DNA of 64,000 nt from Nitrososphaerota archaeon (GTDB taxonomy: Archaea > Thermoproteota > Nitrososphaeria_A > Caldarchaeales > Calditenuaceae). Location of the stretch: the NCBI GenBank assembly GCA_033581555.1, contig JAVQSZ010000002.1:96001-160000 (forward strand). The letters are read 5' to 3'. The position numbers and the translations under genes were made by a program. The first letter of the stretch is position 1. Every line of letters starts with the position of its first letter. Below the pieces are notes generated by a model, which had not been told where the DNA came from, ran no database searches, and saw only the letters and a program-made list of their open reading frames with translations. Positions 1-9,467 of this stretch are shown piece after piece.

Positions 1-375
1 TTCTATCAGTCTAAAATTTTCATTCGAGGACACGACGGAACGCAAATTGTCCTTCACCAGCTTCAAGAAAGAAAGGGCGTCTATCCCTTCATCTCGCTTT
101 CCGAGTTCTCGCAATATCTCTACCATCACTTTCTTATCGTTCCCACTCATCGGCAGCCTGAGAGAGACCCCCTTACTCACCGATGCTTGCTTCTCTTCCA
201 GAAGTTGTTCCACTGCTTCTAATGCGTTTTCTAAGGCCTTTACAGGTCTAGGACCGTCTACGATTATTTCCGTAGGCGTTACGGTTATTCTGTACGCAGG
301 GTCTAAATGGAACAATAATCCGAGTAGACAATCAGTAGCGAATTTGGGGAGAAGCTTTATTGTAAGCGTAGGCAC
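1..375 (-). CDS. csaX: CRISPR type I-A CsaX (Cas8a-like large subunit), N-terminal part, runs off the window
   Basis: Not in the ORF track. GTG at 375 overlaps the cas3'' stop and follows a GGAGGTG SD. Open frame MPTLTIKLLPKF...LRLPMSGNDKKVM... resembles the LPLSGNDKK motif of Sulfolobus CsaX, and the position after cas3'' matches the I-A order. Confidence 0.7.
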   Translation of the reverse strand, partial: MPTLTIKLLPKFATDCLLGLLFHLDPAYRITVTPTEIIVDGPRPVKALENALEAVEQLLEEKQASVSKGVSLRLPMSGNDKKVMVEILRELGKRDEGIDALSFLKLVKDNLRSVVSSNENFRLIE

Positions 376-1193
376 TAAACTTCACCTCCTAATGCGCTCT
401 TCAGCTCCTCGATGAATTGAGTACGACTAGATGTCGATTCGTCGCTCCGCCTGCTCTCGGAAGCATCTAGGTTGTCTCCTATCAATATCGGTAAGAGAAT
501 CAAAACATACCCCTTCAGCTTCTTTCTCCTGGTAGAATCTTCTTCAAAATTCGATATGCTTTTCATCAGCTCTACGACTTCCTCAAAAGATATCTTCTCA
601 GCTAGCGCTTCGTGAACGTGATAGGTCTCTATCCCCGTTCGTCTAGATATGTAATCGGACAAGTTGGAGAGATATTCTCTCTTGATATATCCACCGGTTT
701 TTATCAAGTGGATAAACTTGTCGCGAATTTCTCTGTGCTCGCCGCTAAGATAAGTCACATCGAACGTGAAAGCCTCTTTGAAGTTATCGAAAGTCCTACC
801 CATGGCGTGCAGATGATCCAAAACAGCGAGAACAGTCAAGTGTGTGAGATCGCTCTTCTCTCCTAAACTGTCAAAAACTCTCTTAAGGTATACAGCTGAA
901 AACACCTCATGTAGGTAGAAGCCAGACGCCCTTCCCTCTATAGGGGTGCAATCGTCTTCGTAATTGACTTGGTATGCTTCGATAGCCTTTCCTACGTCAT
1001 GAAACACGCCGGCGATCATAATACTCTGCTTGATCTCCTCGGGCGAGGTCCCTATACCTAAGACTCTGAGGCGTCCCGAAACAGTCTCGTGGTAGCCGTT
1101 ATCGATTATCTTCTCAACATATTTCAGGACTCCTTCGGTGTGTCGTATCAGCGATTGACCTCTATAAGCACACGGCTTGCAGTCGGTCACCAC
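375..1193 (-). CDS. cas3'': CRISPR-associated HD nuclease Cas3''
   Basis: SLIRH, FHDVGKA, HEVFSA and GDNLDA HD-domain motifs; directly after cas3'. Confidence 0.92.
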   Translation of the reverse strand: MVTDCKPCAYRGQSLIRHTEGVLKYVEKIIDNGYHETVSGRLRVLGIGTSPEEIKQSIMIAGVFHDVGKAIEAYQVNYEDDCTPIEGRASGFYLHEVFSAVYLKRVFDSLGEKSDLTHLTVLAVLDHLHAMGRTFDNFKEAFTFDVTYLSGEHREIRDKFIHLIKTGGYIKREYLSNLSDYISRRTGIETYHVHEALAEKISFEEVVELMKSISNFEEDSTRRKKLKGYVLILLPILIGDNLDASESRRSDESTSSRTQFIEELKSALGGEV

Positions 1194-2842
1194 TGCATAC
1201 CTACCTCCTCATCATAGCCTTCTAAAATTACCGCTGCTATGTTATTCATCACGAATTGCTTCGATAGGCAGTCCGCTCTCGATGACAGTCTGATGTCTTT
1301 ACGCCGCACAATTTCCTTTGACTCGGTGACGAACTCCTTGATCCGCTCGGAGTCGAACAGCCTCCAAAATTCTTCGTCTCCTATCGTGAATATTAGATTA
1401 ATTCGCTCCTGAGGGTTCTTTACGAAGGTATCCGCGTATGCTCTGGGAACGACCGGAATCATCTCTCCCTCACGAACGAACCCACAATAAGCCTCCCACA
1501 CTTTTACAGCAACCCTTGCAGAGAGGGATGGATAAAAGTCCACCAGCCTCAGCTGATAGAGCAGGCTCCTGTCTACGAGCCGGGTTTCAACGTAATCGTC
1601 ATAAACCTCGAGTAGTGCGGTAGACAACTCTCTCATCCCCAGGAGCTTTCGAAGGGTCTTCTCAACCAGCTCTTCGGCGTACACACTCTTTCCGCCCTCG
1701 CTCAGTGGATATATGAGCACCTTACCAGATCCGCCTTTCCTCGCTACTCTACCGGCCCTCTGAATGAGCGAGTCTGGTGGAGCGGCCTCGGTTATCAGAG
1801 CGTCGAAGCTCATGTCTACGCCCGCTTCAAAAATCTGTGTGGCTACAACAACGCACGGCCCTCTCTCTACTTCGGAAAGCCTCCGTCTTCTCTCGGCCTC
1901 AATCATCTTCGCGTGAAGTATTACAGGCTTGATCCCTTCCTTCTGCAAGGACCTGTAAATCTCAATCGCGTTTCTTACCGTATTGGCGATAACTAATACG
2001 CGGCTGAACCTCCTCGCGGCTTCAACTATCTGACTTAATTTATCCTCTTCTCCCACTATTTCTACATCGATCTGTCTTTTAACAAATCCAAGATCAGATT
2101 GTGAAGGCATTATCTCTTTTATGAGTGAATCCTCTAACACTCTTTCGACCTCTTCTTTTATTTTGTTTTTAATTAGTTGAGGCATCGTCGCTGTAGATAT
2201 TATAACGGGAACTCCCATTTCTAGTAAGCCTATTATGCTTGTAATCGCAGAAGTTAACATTTTGCTTCGCCCATTCACAATAGAATTCGAGCTTACAAAG
2301 AGGTGAAATTCATCGAAGACTACTGTCGCGGAGTAAATGCAGCCCCTAGGCACCTCATAGTGAGCGTAGCCCTTAGTAAAGAGTTTCTTTAATTCTACCG
2401 GAGGGATCTTATATAATGAAGAGACGAACGTATCGAGGGTTGTGATGACGAACCTCTTACATAACATAGGACTTCCCGGAGAGCTCATCTGTTGAAGGCC
2501 TACTTCATCCCCAGCCAGTGGAAGCCCGGTTTCACTCAATCTCCCCACATAATCCCGCATCCTCTTCAGCATGTGTGTCCCTATCGAGCGCATAGGTAGG
2601 ACGTGTATCACCCTCTGCCCTAAGTCAGCCCTCCCTTGTTTAATTGCGGCGTAAATGGTGAGAGAGAGGGTACTCTTGCCGTAGCCCGTTGGGGCCTCAA
2701 GAAAGATAAGAGTCCTCGACTCCTCTCTTACCCCCTCTTCAAGGGCTGAGAGGGTCTTTTCTAACAAGGGCCTCGCGTCTCCGTTGAAGAGTTTGCGGCT
2801 GATGTCCTGATAGACCTCACTCAAAGACTGCGAGCCCATCAT
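1187..2842 (-). CDS. cas3: CRISPR-associated helicase Cas3'
   Basis: APTGYGKS Walker A, DEFH, STAT, QRAGRVAR. Start placed at the ATG after GGTGGGGG (the track starts at 2860). Confidence 0.95.
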   Translation of the reverse strand: MMGSQSLSEVYQDISRKLFNGDARPLLEKTLSALEEGVREESRTLIFLEAPTGYGKSTLSLTIYAAIKQGRADLGQRVIHVLPMRSIGTHMLKRMRDYVGRLSETGLPLAGDEVGLQQMSSPGSPMLCKRFVITTLDTFVSSLYKIPPVELKKLFTKGYAHYEVPRGCIYSATVVFDEFHLFVSSNSIVNGRSKMLTSAITSIIGLLEMGVPVIISTATMPQLIKNKIKEEVERVLEDSLIKEIMPSQSDLGFVKRQIDVEIVGEEDKLSQIVEAARRFSRVLVIANTVRNAIEIYRSLQKEGIKPVILHAKMIEAERRRRLSEVERGPCVVVATQIFEAGVDMSFDALITEAAPPDSLIQRAGRVARKGGSGKVLIYPLSEGGKSVYAEELVEKTLRKLLGMRELSTALLEVYDDYVETRLVDRSLLYQLRLVDFYPSLSARVAVKVWEAYCGFVREGEMIPVVPRAYADTFVKNPQERINLIFTIGDEEFWRLFDSERIKEFVTESKEIVRRKDIRLSSRADCLSKQFVMNNIAAVILEGYDEEVGMQW

Positions 2843-3650
2843 CCCCCACCCTGTAAGCATCGTGCCTCTCAGCCAACTTGATCCTCATCCAGCAGCTCGA
2901 GACCGGGTCCCTACTGCCCGGGATGATGTATTCTTCCGTCTCAGGCTCACCGACCCATCGGTAGTCAAGCGCCCAGAAGGACTCCGTATAAACACCTGAT
3001 AGGGCGTACGGTCCGCCTCCGTATTCTAAGACGTCTTCCACCAGCCTCTTAGGGTGGTAGAAACGGGTTCTATACTCCCGTCCGATCATTACGGCCTTCC
3101 TGAGGTCTGCCTGCTCGACCGAGACGATGCCCTCTTTTGAGCCGAGAGCTGTAATCGAGTTAGCCGCCACGAGTAGCTTGTGCTCCCAGTCTTTCCCGAG
3201 CTTCTCCTCAGCTAGCTCCTCCTTGACGAGCAGGCCTAACGTTAACAATCCCGAGGGCATGTAGATTTTACCCGTGGGAACGACGTTGAACCTGTACAGT
3301 GGGTCCCCCCGCCTACTGGGCCTCTGGAACTGCAGGATTTGATATCTCACTATGTCCTCCCAGTATTTTCCGACGCGTTTCTCTCCGCCTTCCTCTTCCA
3401 CGAAGAACGCAGATGCCGAAGCGAAGATGTCCTTATAGAGTTCTGCGCTCGATCCAATCACCGCCTTCCCCATCTGTGATACGGTGATAAGTTCTCCTGT
3501 CTTGCCCATCACGCACAATGGCTTTGATATCGCTCCGATGATCGTTGTTGGTGGGGGAGGTGAGGAGTAGGCGTGCTGGACTTTCGATACTAGGGGGGTC
3601 TTGACGCTGAAACCCCAACATAGTCTGAGATCGATCGTCAAGCTCATCAT
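2817..3650 (-). CDS. cas5: CRISPR type I-A Cas5 (Cas5a)
   Basis: WGFSVK...PPPTTIIGA N-terminal motif and LGSKEG glycine loop. Confidence 0.93.
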   Translation of the reverse strand: MMSLTIDLRLCWGFSVKTPLVSKVQHAYSSPPPPTTIIGAISKPLCVMGKTGELITVSQMGKAVIGSSAELYKDIFASASAFFVEEEGGEKRVGKYWEDIVRYQILQFQRPSRRGDPLYRFNVVPTGKIYMPSGLLTLGLLVKEELAEEKLGKDWEHKLLVAANSITALGSKEGIVSVEQADLRKAVMIGREYRTRFYHPKRLVEDVLEYGGGPYALSGVYTESFWALDYRWVGEPETEEYIIPGSRDPVSSCWMRIKLAERHDAYRVGDDGLAVFE

Positions 3651-3660
3651 GGTTGATCTA

Positions 3661-4683
3661 CTATTTGCCTTGTGTGACCAGATTCATGATGTCTTCGAAA
3701 ACGTCCTCGAGCGTTTCGTGTTTTGAGACGCCGGCGGGGACGCTCAACCCCTCTCTATTCACGCACCATACTTTGACTTCATGACCTGTTAGCGCCAAGT
3801 ACTTCTGCGCCCTCTTCCACGTCCTCTCAACGTAGTCGGTGTAGTTCCCTGGAGAGACAGTGAAGGAGTCACGAGATAGCGCGAGCACGGAAGACCTAAG
3901 CTCGATGTTGGGGAAGAACCTCGACCTCTTCCCGCCATAGGAGTTGTTGGTAAGCAGCTTCAGGAGCGCGATCAGAGCGGCCTTTCTCCTATTGGGGATC
4001 GAATTGCTTAGTTCTTGTTTTTTCTTCTCCAATTCATCGCGCGCTCCCTTTGGAGTTTCCCCGAAAACGTTAGATGGTACGCCGATTCCTGCTAAGTCGA
4101 GGTTTAGGTTAAGCGTGTATACAGAAGAGGCTATCTCGACGTTATACGGGATCTGACCGAGTTTGGCGTCTTTCCCAGCCTGCGAGAACAGGTAGCGAAC
4201 GTGAAACTCAGCCTCCATCGCGGTGGCGTTAAGCACGTCCTGGATAGCTGGGATCATGTATCCGACCTGAAAGCGGGATGTTCGTTTAACTGGGATATCA
4301 CCAGTGTAAAGGAACCCGCCTACGTCGGCTACAATGTCTTTCAATAGAACGTCTATTTCGAACCTCATGATGTCCTCGTGGCTCTTCGGCGGCTTGACAC
4401 CCTCTTCCGTAAGATAGCTGTCCTCAGAGAACTTGATGAACTCGTTTCTGGATGAGAATACGCCTACAGGCAATTTCATAGATTTCGCTACGTCGACTAA
4501 CAGAGCCTGATATCCGTGGGCTATTGATTCTCCGGAGACTGCTGGCACGTATTTCAGGGTGTAGCCGTCGTGCTGTGGGATCACCATCGGTACAGTTCGA
4601 TGCCTCGACAGGTTGCCGACGGTCTCGACCGAGTTGAGGGCCTCGACGTTCATCAAGCACCTCAAGGATATGCTGAGGAACAC
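3661..4683 (-). CDS. cas7: CRISPR type I-A backbone Cas7 (Csa2)
   Basis: EALNSVETVGNLSRHR, PAVSGESIAHGYQ, DVGGFL, KRTSRF, GGKRSRFFP. Confidence 0.95.
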   Translation of the reverse strand: MFLSISLRCLMNVEALNSVETVGNLSRHRTVPMVIPQHDGYTLKYVPAVSGESIAHGYQALLVDVAKSMKLPVGVFSSRNEFIKFSEDSYLTEEGVKPPKSHEDIMRFEIDVLLKDIVADVGGFLYTGDIPVKRTSRFQVGYMIPAIQDVLNATAMEAEFHVRYLFSQAGKDAKLGQIPYNVEIASSVYTLNLNLDLAGIGVPSNVFGETPKGARDELEKKKQELSNSIPNRRKAALIALLKLLTNNSYGGKRSRFFPNIELRSSVLALSRDSFTVSPGNYTDYVERTWKRAQKYLALTGHEVKVWCVNREGLSVPAGVSKHETLEDVFEDIMNLVTQGK

Positions 4684-4684
4684 C

Positions 4685-5131
4685 TCACTTCACCTCGCCC
4701 TGTTGAGCCGAAGGGGCTCTCAATCTCGACTCCACCAGTATCGCCGAGGCATACGCACCGATCTTCCTGGCAAGCGATGTATCGCTCTGAACCTTATCGA
4801 TGAATTCCCTAACCATCTCGCTGCTGGGGAGGTGTCCCACGATCTGAAAGACACCGATTTCGTCCTGCACCTCGACGACCCGATACTCCCGCCCAGTGGT
4901 CGTTGTCTTAGTGCCAACCCTAAGTCTCCGTTCACTCTCGGATCGCGCTAGCTCGCTGTCTACGAGCCTCAGCGAGTCCCGTATAGTTCGAACCGCGGGC
5001 TCGGGGTTTAGCGCGTTAGCCATCCTGTCGATCATCGAGGGCGAACCGCTCAGAGCAGCAGCTGTAGCCAGGAGGACAGCGATCGGTCTGAACCCTTCTA
5101 GATCATGTTGAGGAGACTTACTCCCTGTCAT
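4685..5131 (-). CDS. csa5: CRISPR type I-A small subunit Csa5 (Cas11)
   Basis: IDRMANALNPE and GHLPSSEMV...LARKIGAYA motifs; first gene of the cassette. Start moved to ATG 5131. Confidence 0.8.
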   Translation of the reverse strand: MTGSKSPQHDLEGFRPIAVLLATAAALSGSPSMIDRMANALNPEPAVRTIRDSLRLVDSELARSESERRLRVGTKTTTTGREYRVVEVQDEIGVFQIVGHLPSSEMVREFIDKVQSDTSLARKIGAYASAILVESRLRAPSAQQGEVK

Positions 5132-5246
5132 GCGAGCCAAAAATATACAAGATGGTATATAAGATTTATTCACCCGGAAAGGAATGCATTCCATCTACTT
5201 GAAACAGATAAAAGCCTTATTACGGCTTAGTGAAACCATAGAGTCG
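5132..5246. promoter_or_regulatory. Divergent csa5/csa3 promoter region with perfect palindrome GGAATGCATTCC (5181-5192)
   Basis: AT-rich TATA-like boxes (TATATAAG ~5156, CTTATTA ~5216) flank a central 12-bp palindrome. Confidence 0.6.
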
Positions 5247-5903
5247 ATGATTTTAGCGGTCACGCTGGGCTTCGACGAGAAGTTCGCGGTCAGGGCCGTC
5301 ATTCGGCACTCACACTCACGGCTGACCCGCATCGTGGTGATAACGCCTGCGCTTAGGGCGGATGAACGCACGGAGGCGGCGATTGGATCTCTGAGGGAGT
5401 TCCTGAGGAGATACCTCCAGATCGAGGACGTCGAGAGGGTTGAGGTGAGCGTGGACGACTGTTTCGACGCCGTCGGCGAACTCGTTGGAATGTTCGACTC
5501 GTGGGCAGGAGACGCCGTGACCCTCAACTTAAGCGGCGGAATGAGGCTCCTCGTGATCGAGTGTCTGATCGGCGCGCTGATGAGCAGGACACTTATGACC
5601 ATCGAACTGGAGAGCGAAGACGGTTCGGCTTACTTTAGTTTCGGGAACGATTACTTCGATCCAGCCGTTTTCAACGAAATCGACCATATAGACAAACTGA
5701 TTCTGAAATATCTAACTAACAAATGTTCCGCGTCTTCGTTGTCGAAGTTGTTGGATCTCCCCAAGTCTTCTGCTTGGAGGAGGGTAAGGAAACTTGAGAG
5801 GCTCGGGCTCGTCGAGGTGGAAAGGGTGGGCAGGTCTCTTGCGGTGAGGCCTACCGACAAAGGAAGAGTGCTGAGAAGCATCATGCGCGACCTACACCGC
5901 TAA
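5247..5903 (+). CDS. csa3: CRISPR locus regulator Csa3 (CARF + wHTH)
   Basis: VTLGFDEKFAVRA and NLSGGMR CARF motifs plus C-terminal wHTH (KSSAWRRVRKLERLGLV). Start moved to ATG 5247. Confidence 0.92.
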   Translation: MILAVTLGFDEKFAVRAVIRHSHSRLTRIVVITPALRADERTEAAIGSLREFLRRYLQIEDVERVEVSVDDCFDAVGELVGMFDSWAGDAVTLNLSGGMRLLVIECLIGALMSRTLMTIELESEDGSAYFSFGNDYFDPAVFNEIDHIDKLILKYLTNKCSASSLSKLLDLPKSSAWRRVRKLERLGLVEVERVGRSLAVRPTDKGRVLRSIMRDLHR

Positions 5904-5930
5904 CGCTTAGAGTTGAAGCCGAGCCCCCGC

Positions 5931-6350
5931 TCAATCGAGTTTCTGGACGACGTCGTGAACGATGACGTTGGTCTTGTCGCCGATGCGCGTTATAGTGGCC
6001 TTAGCGATGAAGGCACTCCCGCGTTTGATCAGACCCACAGGGCCGTAGTAGTTAGTGGATTCGAGCCTTGCCATGAACCGGTCGTTGACCTTTACCACCG
6101 CGAACCCCTTGTAAACACGCTCCACCTCGACCTTTAGGAGCCTCCCTCCAGCGAACCTCGACCTCACCGCGGACGATGCGACGTACCTGCCCCTCACTTT
6201 CACCACCCTCCTCGACCTCATTAAGCCCCTGAGGACTGACCGGGCCCTAGAGGGCTCGAGTTCGAGCTCCTGCGCGACGTCCTCCAGCGTCATCCCTGCC
6301 CTGCCTGCGGTCAGGAGAAGCATGTACACCTCCTTCGTAAGGGAGGTCAT
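5931..6350 (-). CDS. Hypothetical protein, N-terminal wHTH plus C-terminal OB/S1-like beta domain
   Basis: TLEDVAQELELEPSRARSVLRGL helix-turn-helix; beta-rich VEVERVYKGFAVVKVND segment. Confidence 0.6.
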   Translation of the reverse strand: MTSLTKEVYMLLLTAGRAGMTLEDVAQELELEPSRARSVLRGLMRSRRVVKVRGRYVASSAVRSRFAGGRLLKVEVERVYKGFAVVKVNDRFMARLESTNYYGPVGLIKRGSAFIAKATITRIGDKTNVIVHDVVQKLD

Positions 6351-6372
6351 CTCTCAACAAGTGGACTAGTCG

Positions 6373-7250
6373 TTAAAATAGGTCTACTTCGTCCGGATTT
6401 ACCGAATGCAACTTTAGAAGACGTATGGAATGTTTTACTATATCCTTACTGGAATAATATGTCTCAACATATAAGCCATCTACTTTTTTAGGACTACGGA
6501 ACTTTTTCCATCCCTGTGCTCAGGAGTATCATTGATCAGAACACGGTAGCCACGACGGGATGTCGTCTGTACTGGTAATTTGTCTTTATCCAACCGTTTA
6601 GTTTCAAGCAACCACTCTGCACATCTGGTCAATATATCTTTCCACACTCTAATTTCATACTCCTTACCGTCAGGGAATCTTATCGACTTGTAACGTAACG
6701 GTTCTCCTTTCTTGGGTTTAAGTTCACTTAGCGGTAGACCTTTCCTGTCACGATAAGGAGGCGCAATTACGGTAGGAGGAGGACTGCCTATGCCGGCGTA
6801 CCTCATTATCGAAAAGGCGTTCCTGATGACTTCGCCCGGCTCCATCTTCCTTATGTCCCATTCTGCGATCTTCTTTTCATGCAGAGGCTTCTGCACTTGG
6901 GTGTCATAGACCTCCCACTTCGCCCCATCGGTCGCGATGAAGTATCTCACTCCCTCCGACACGCAGTATGACACCTGCTGAATCAAGTCCTCCTCCTTCC
7001 CCAGGCTCTTAGCACCTATGAACGCGATCCTCTGGCCGTTCAGCAGAAGCGCGTAGTCAGGTCTTCCGGCCTGAGTGGAGACTTCGGGTATGACGAGGTT
7101 CGGGTCTTCGGTGTCCCAACCTAGCGCCCTCAGGAAGGGGTCGATGAGCACGTACCTTGTCAGGGTCTCGCTTTTCTGTAACATGTCACGGTGACTTTCG
7201 ATTTTCATTCTAAGCTGCCTGACGAGATCAACGAGTCCTTCAAGCGCCAC
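6373..7250 (-). pseudogene. HsdR_N-like PD-(D/E)xK restriction-fold protein with a SeqA/RAMA-like C-terminal domain; frameshifted and active site degenerate
   Basis: ETLTRYVLIDPFLRALGWD, RPDY, IGAK (instead of IEAK), ATDG motifs. The frame stops at 6480, but one extra A in the A5 run (6503-6507) extends it to TAA 6373 as ...KKFRSPKKVDGLYVETYYSSKDIVKHSIRLL. GTG start at 7250 lies ~25 nt after a TATA box. Confidence 0.65.
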
Positions 7251-7281
7251 AATCCTAATTTTAAAATCATAAATATATACT

Positions 7282-8961
7282 TTATGGGAAATAATTTGTA
7301 GGACCGACTGTCGATGTGCGAAACCTAAGTTTACGCTCCTCAATTGAGGCTGCTTTACCGCTACGCGACCCTCCAACATTGGTCCACGGCCAAGGATGAC
7401 CCACCACGGGTTCAGGCCCCCTTCGCGGAACCAGAACTCCCGGCAAGTCCCTCGAGGCGAGCTTCAGGACCCTCTCGACCCGCCGGGCCCTCCTATACCC
7501 CTCCCTGAAGTAGTACTCGTCTATCGTCCCCTTGGTCACCAGAATAACGACCCTGCCGGGTAACCTCCTCCCCGTCCTACCCCTCCTCTGGATGTACCTG
7601 ATCCCGGACACGGTCGGCTCGTAGAAGACGACCAGCCCACACTCGGGGACGTCGAGCCCCTCCTCACCGATAGACGTGGCCACCAATACGCTGAACTTCC
7701 CCGCCCTGAACTCCTTCAGGATCCTGACCTGCTCGTCCTGGGTCATCCTCGGGCCCGACTTGCCCTCCGCCTTCCCCACGAAGAGGTGGGCTCTGATACC
7801 CCTAGAGCTCATCCTCTCGACGAGGAGCTCAGCCGTAGACCTGAGGTTGGCGAAGACCAGGACCCTGTCGCCAGGGTTGGAGGAGAGGTGTTCGCTCAGG
7901 ACCCTGAGGAGGACCTCGACCTTCGGGTGCTCGGCCTCGCATCCCTTCACGAGCTCCACCAGCTCGCGGAAGTCTGGGCTCGATGACAGGACCCTGTGGC
8001 TCCTGCGCCTAGACCTCCTCACCTCGTCGAGGTATCTGAGGAGGAGTGAAGCGTGCTGACTCTCCACGAGCTCCAGGGCGTAGAAGAGGCTGAGGACTTC
8101 GGAGAGGACTACGAGGGAGTGGGCGACCAACCCCCTCGCACCGGACCCGAGCTCCGCCTTCAGCCGCTCCATCACCGCGAGCAGCGACCTCCGGTTGAAC
8201 TCGATCCCCTCGAGGGCGACGTAACCCGTTGACCGGAGCCTCTCAAGCCTCGACTCGATCATCTCCTTGATCTTCGACCTGATTCTTTCGTACTGCTCGG
8301 GGAGGGAGACGGTGACCCAGCTGACGTCGGTGCCGGGCACGTAAGCCTTCACGTCCTCGTCCTCCTCGGTCCTCCATTCGATCCTCTCTATCCAGAGGTT
8401 CCTGACCAGCTCCTTCACCCTCTCGGGGTCCGAACCTGGAGAGGCTGTGAGCGCGAGGATCAGGGGCCATGGGCAGGCCTTGACGTACTCGTTCGCGATC
8501 CGCGTGTACGCGTAACGCTCCCTGGACCTGTGGCACTCGTCCATCACGACGACCGCGAACTCCTCGAGGTTCACGAGGCCCCTGGAGATGTCGTTCCAGA
8601 CCGTCTGGGGCGTGGCGAGGACTAGCCTTACGCTCGGGTCGAGCCAATACCGTTCCCTGTCGGGGACGTCGCCGGTCAGCGCCGCGACCTCCCTCCTCTC
8701 GAGCCTCAGGTGGGCGAGGACGCTGGAGGTGTGCTGTAGGACGAGGGGCTTGGTCGGGGCCATGACTAGGGCCCTGCACCCGGGATACCTGTGGAGGACC
8801 TCCGCGACGACGAGCTCCGCGATTACGGTCTTCCCGAGCGCGGTCGGGAGGACGACCAGCGTGTTGCCCCTCAGCGCGGCCTCCGCGATCCTGACCTGGT
8901 ACTCGCGCCTCAGCAGGGTCCTCTCCCTCACCATCGGGTGCTCGATGAACTGGACCTCCAT
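7282..8961 (-). CDS. hef: Hef/FANCM-like SF2 helicase without ERCC4 nuclease domain
   Basis: RREYQ, LPTALGKT, DECH, LTASPG, EEGLD, QRRGRTGR. Confidence 0.88.
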   Translation of the reverse strand: MEVQFIEHPMVRERTLLRREYQVRIAEAALRGNTLVVLPTALGKTVIAELVVAEVLHRYPGCRALVMAPTKPLVLQHTSSVLAHLRLERREVAALTGDVPDRERYWLDPSVRLVLATPQTVWNDISRGLVNLEEFAVVVMDECHRSRERYAYTRIANEYVKACPWPLILALTASPGSDPERVKELVRNLWIERIEWRTEEDEDVKAYVPGTDVSWVTVSLPEQYERIRSKIKEMIESRLERLRSTGYVALEGIEFNRRSLLAVMERLKAELGSGARGLVAHSLVVLSEVLSLFYALELVESQHASLLLRYLDEVRRSRRRSHRVLSSSPDFRELVELVKGCEAEHPKVEVLLRVLSEHLSSNPGDRVLVFANLRSTAELLVERMSSRGIRAHLFVGKAEGKSGPRMTQDEQVRILKEFRAGKFSVLVATSIGEEGLDVPECGLVVFYEPTVSGIRYIQRRGRTGRRLPGRVVILVTKGTIDEYYFREGYRRARRVERVLKLASRDLPGVLVPRRGPEPVVGHPWPWTNVGGSRSGKAASIEERKLRFRTSTVGPTNYFP

Positions 8962-9082
8962 CCCTTAGGACGCGGCCGGCTCCGCCTAATTTGCCATCGC
9001 GTGCTCGACCGTTCTAGTGCCCAACAGACCGAGGACTTAACGCGGCAGACCTTTTTACCAGTCCGAGTCCGGAACGTTTGGG

Positions 9083-9466
9083 ATGAAGCGGGTCTCGCCG
9101 AGGGCGCTGAGGAGGATGCAGGAGAGGCTCCTGTCGTCGTCGGGGATATCGATGAACGAGCTTGGCGAGGCGAGGGTCCTGATCGAGCTGGGTGAAAGGA
9201 GGATAAGGCTCGAGGGCGTGACGGTCGTCGAGCTCGAGGGCCCGATGGGGAAGGTCTACCAGCTGGTGGGGGGTAGAGAGGTCGAGGAGGTAGCGGTGAG
9301 CGAGGAGGTTCAGGCTACGGCCGCGAGCGTTCCGGAGGTCAGCGATGAGGACGTAGCCCTGGTGGCCGCACAAGCGGGGGTCTCTGAGGAGGAGGCGAGG
9401 AGGGCCCTGATCGAGGCCGGAGGCGACCTCGCGAGGGCCATACTCTCGCTCAGGTCCAGGAAGTAG
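9083..9466 (+). CDS. nac: Nascent polypeptide-associated complex protein
   Basis: C-terminal UBA-like EDVALVAAQAGVSEEEARRALIEAGGDLARAIL. Confidence 0.9.
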   Translation: MKRVSPRALRRMQERLLSSSGISMNELGEARVLIELGERRIRLEGVTVVELEGPMGKVYQLVGGREVEEVAVSEEVQATAASVPEVSDEDVALVAAQAGVSEEEARRALIEAGGDLARAILSLRSRK

Positions 9467-9467
9467 T

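Noticed and set aside
1-7400. CRISPR array or leader next to the cas genes
   Set aside because: No regularly spaced 24-40 nt repeats seen anywhere in the window; an array may lie beyond position 1.
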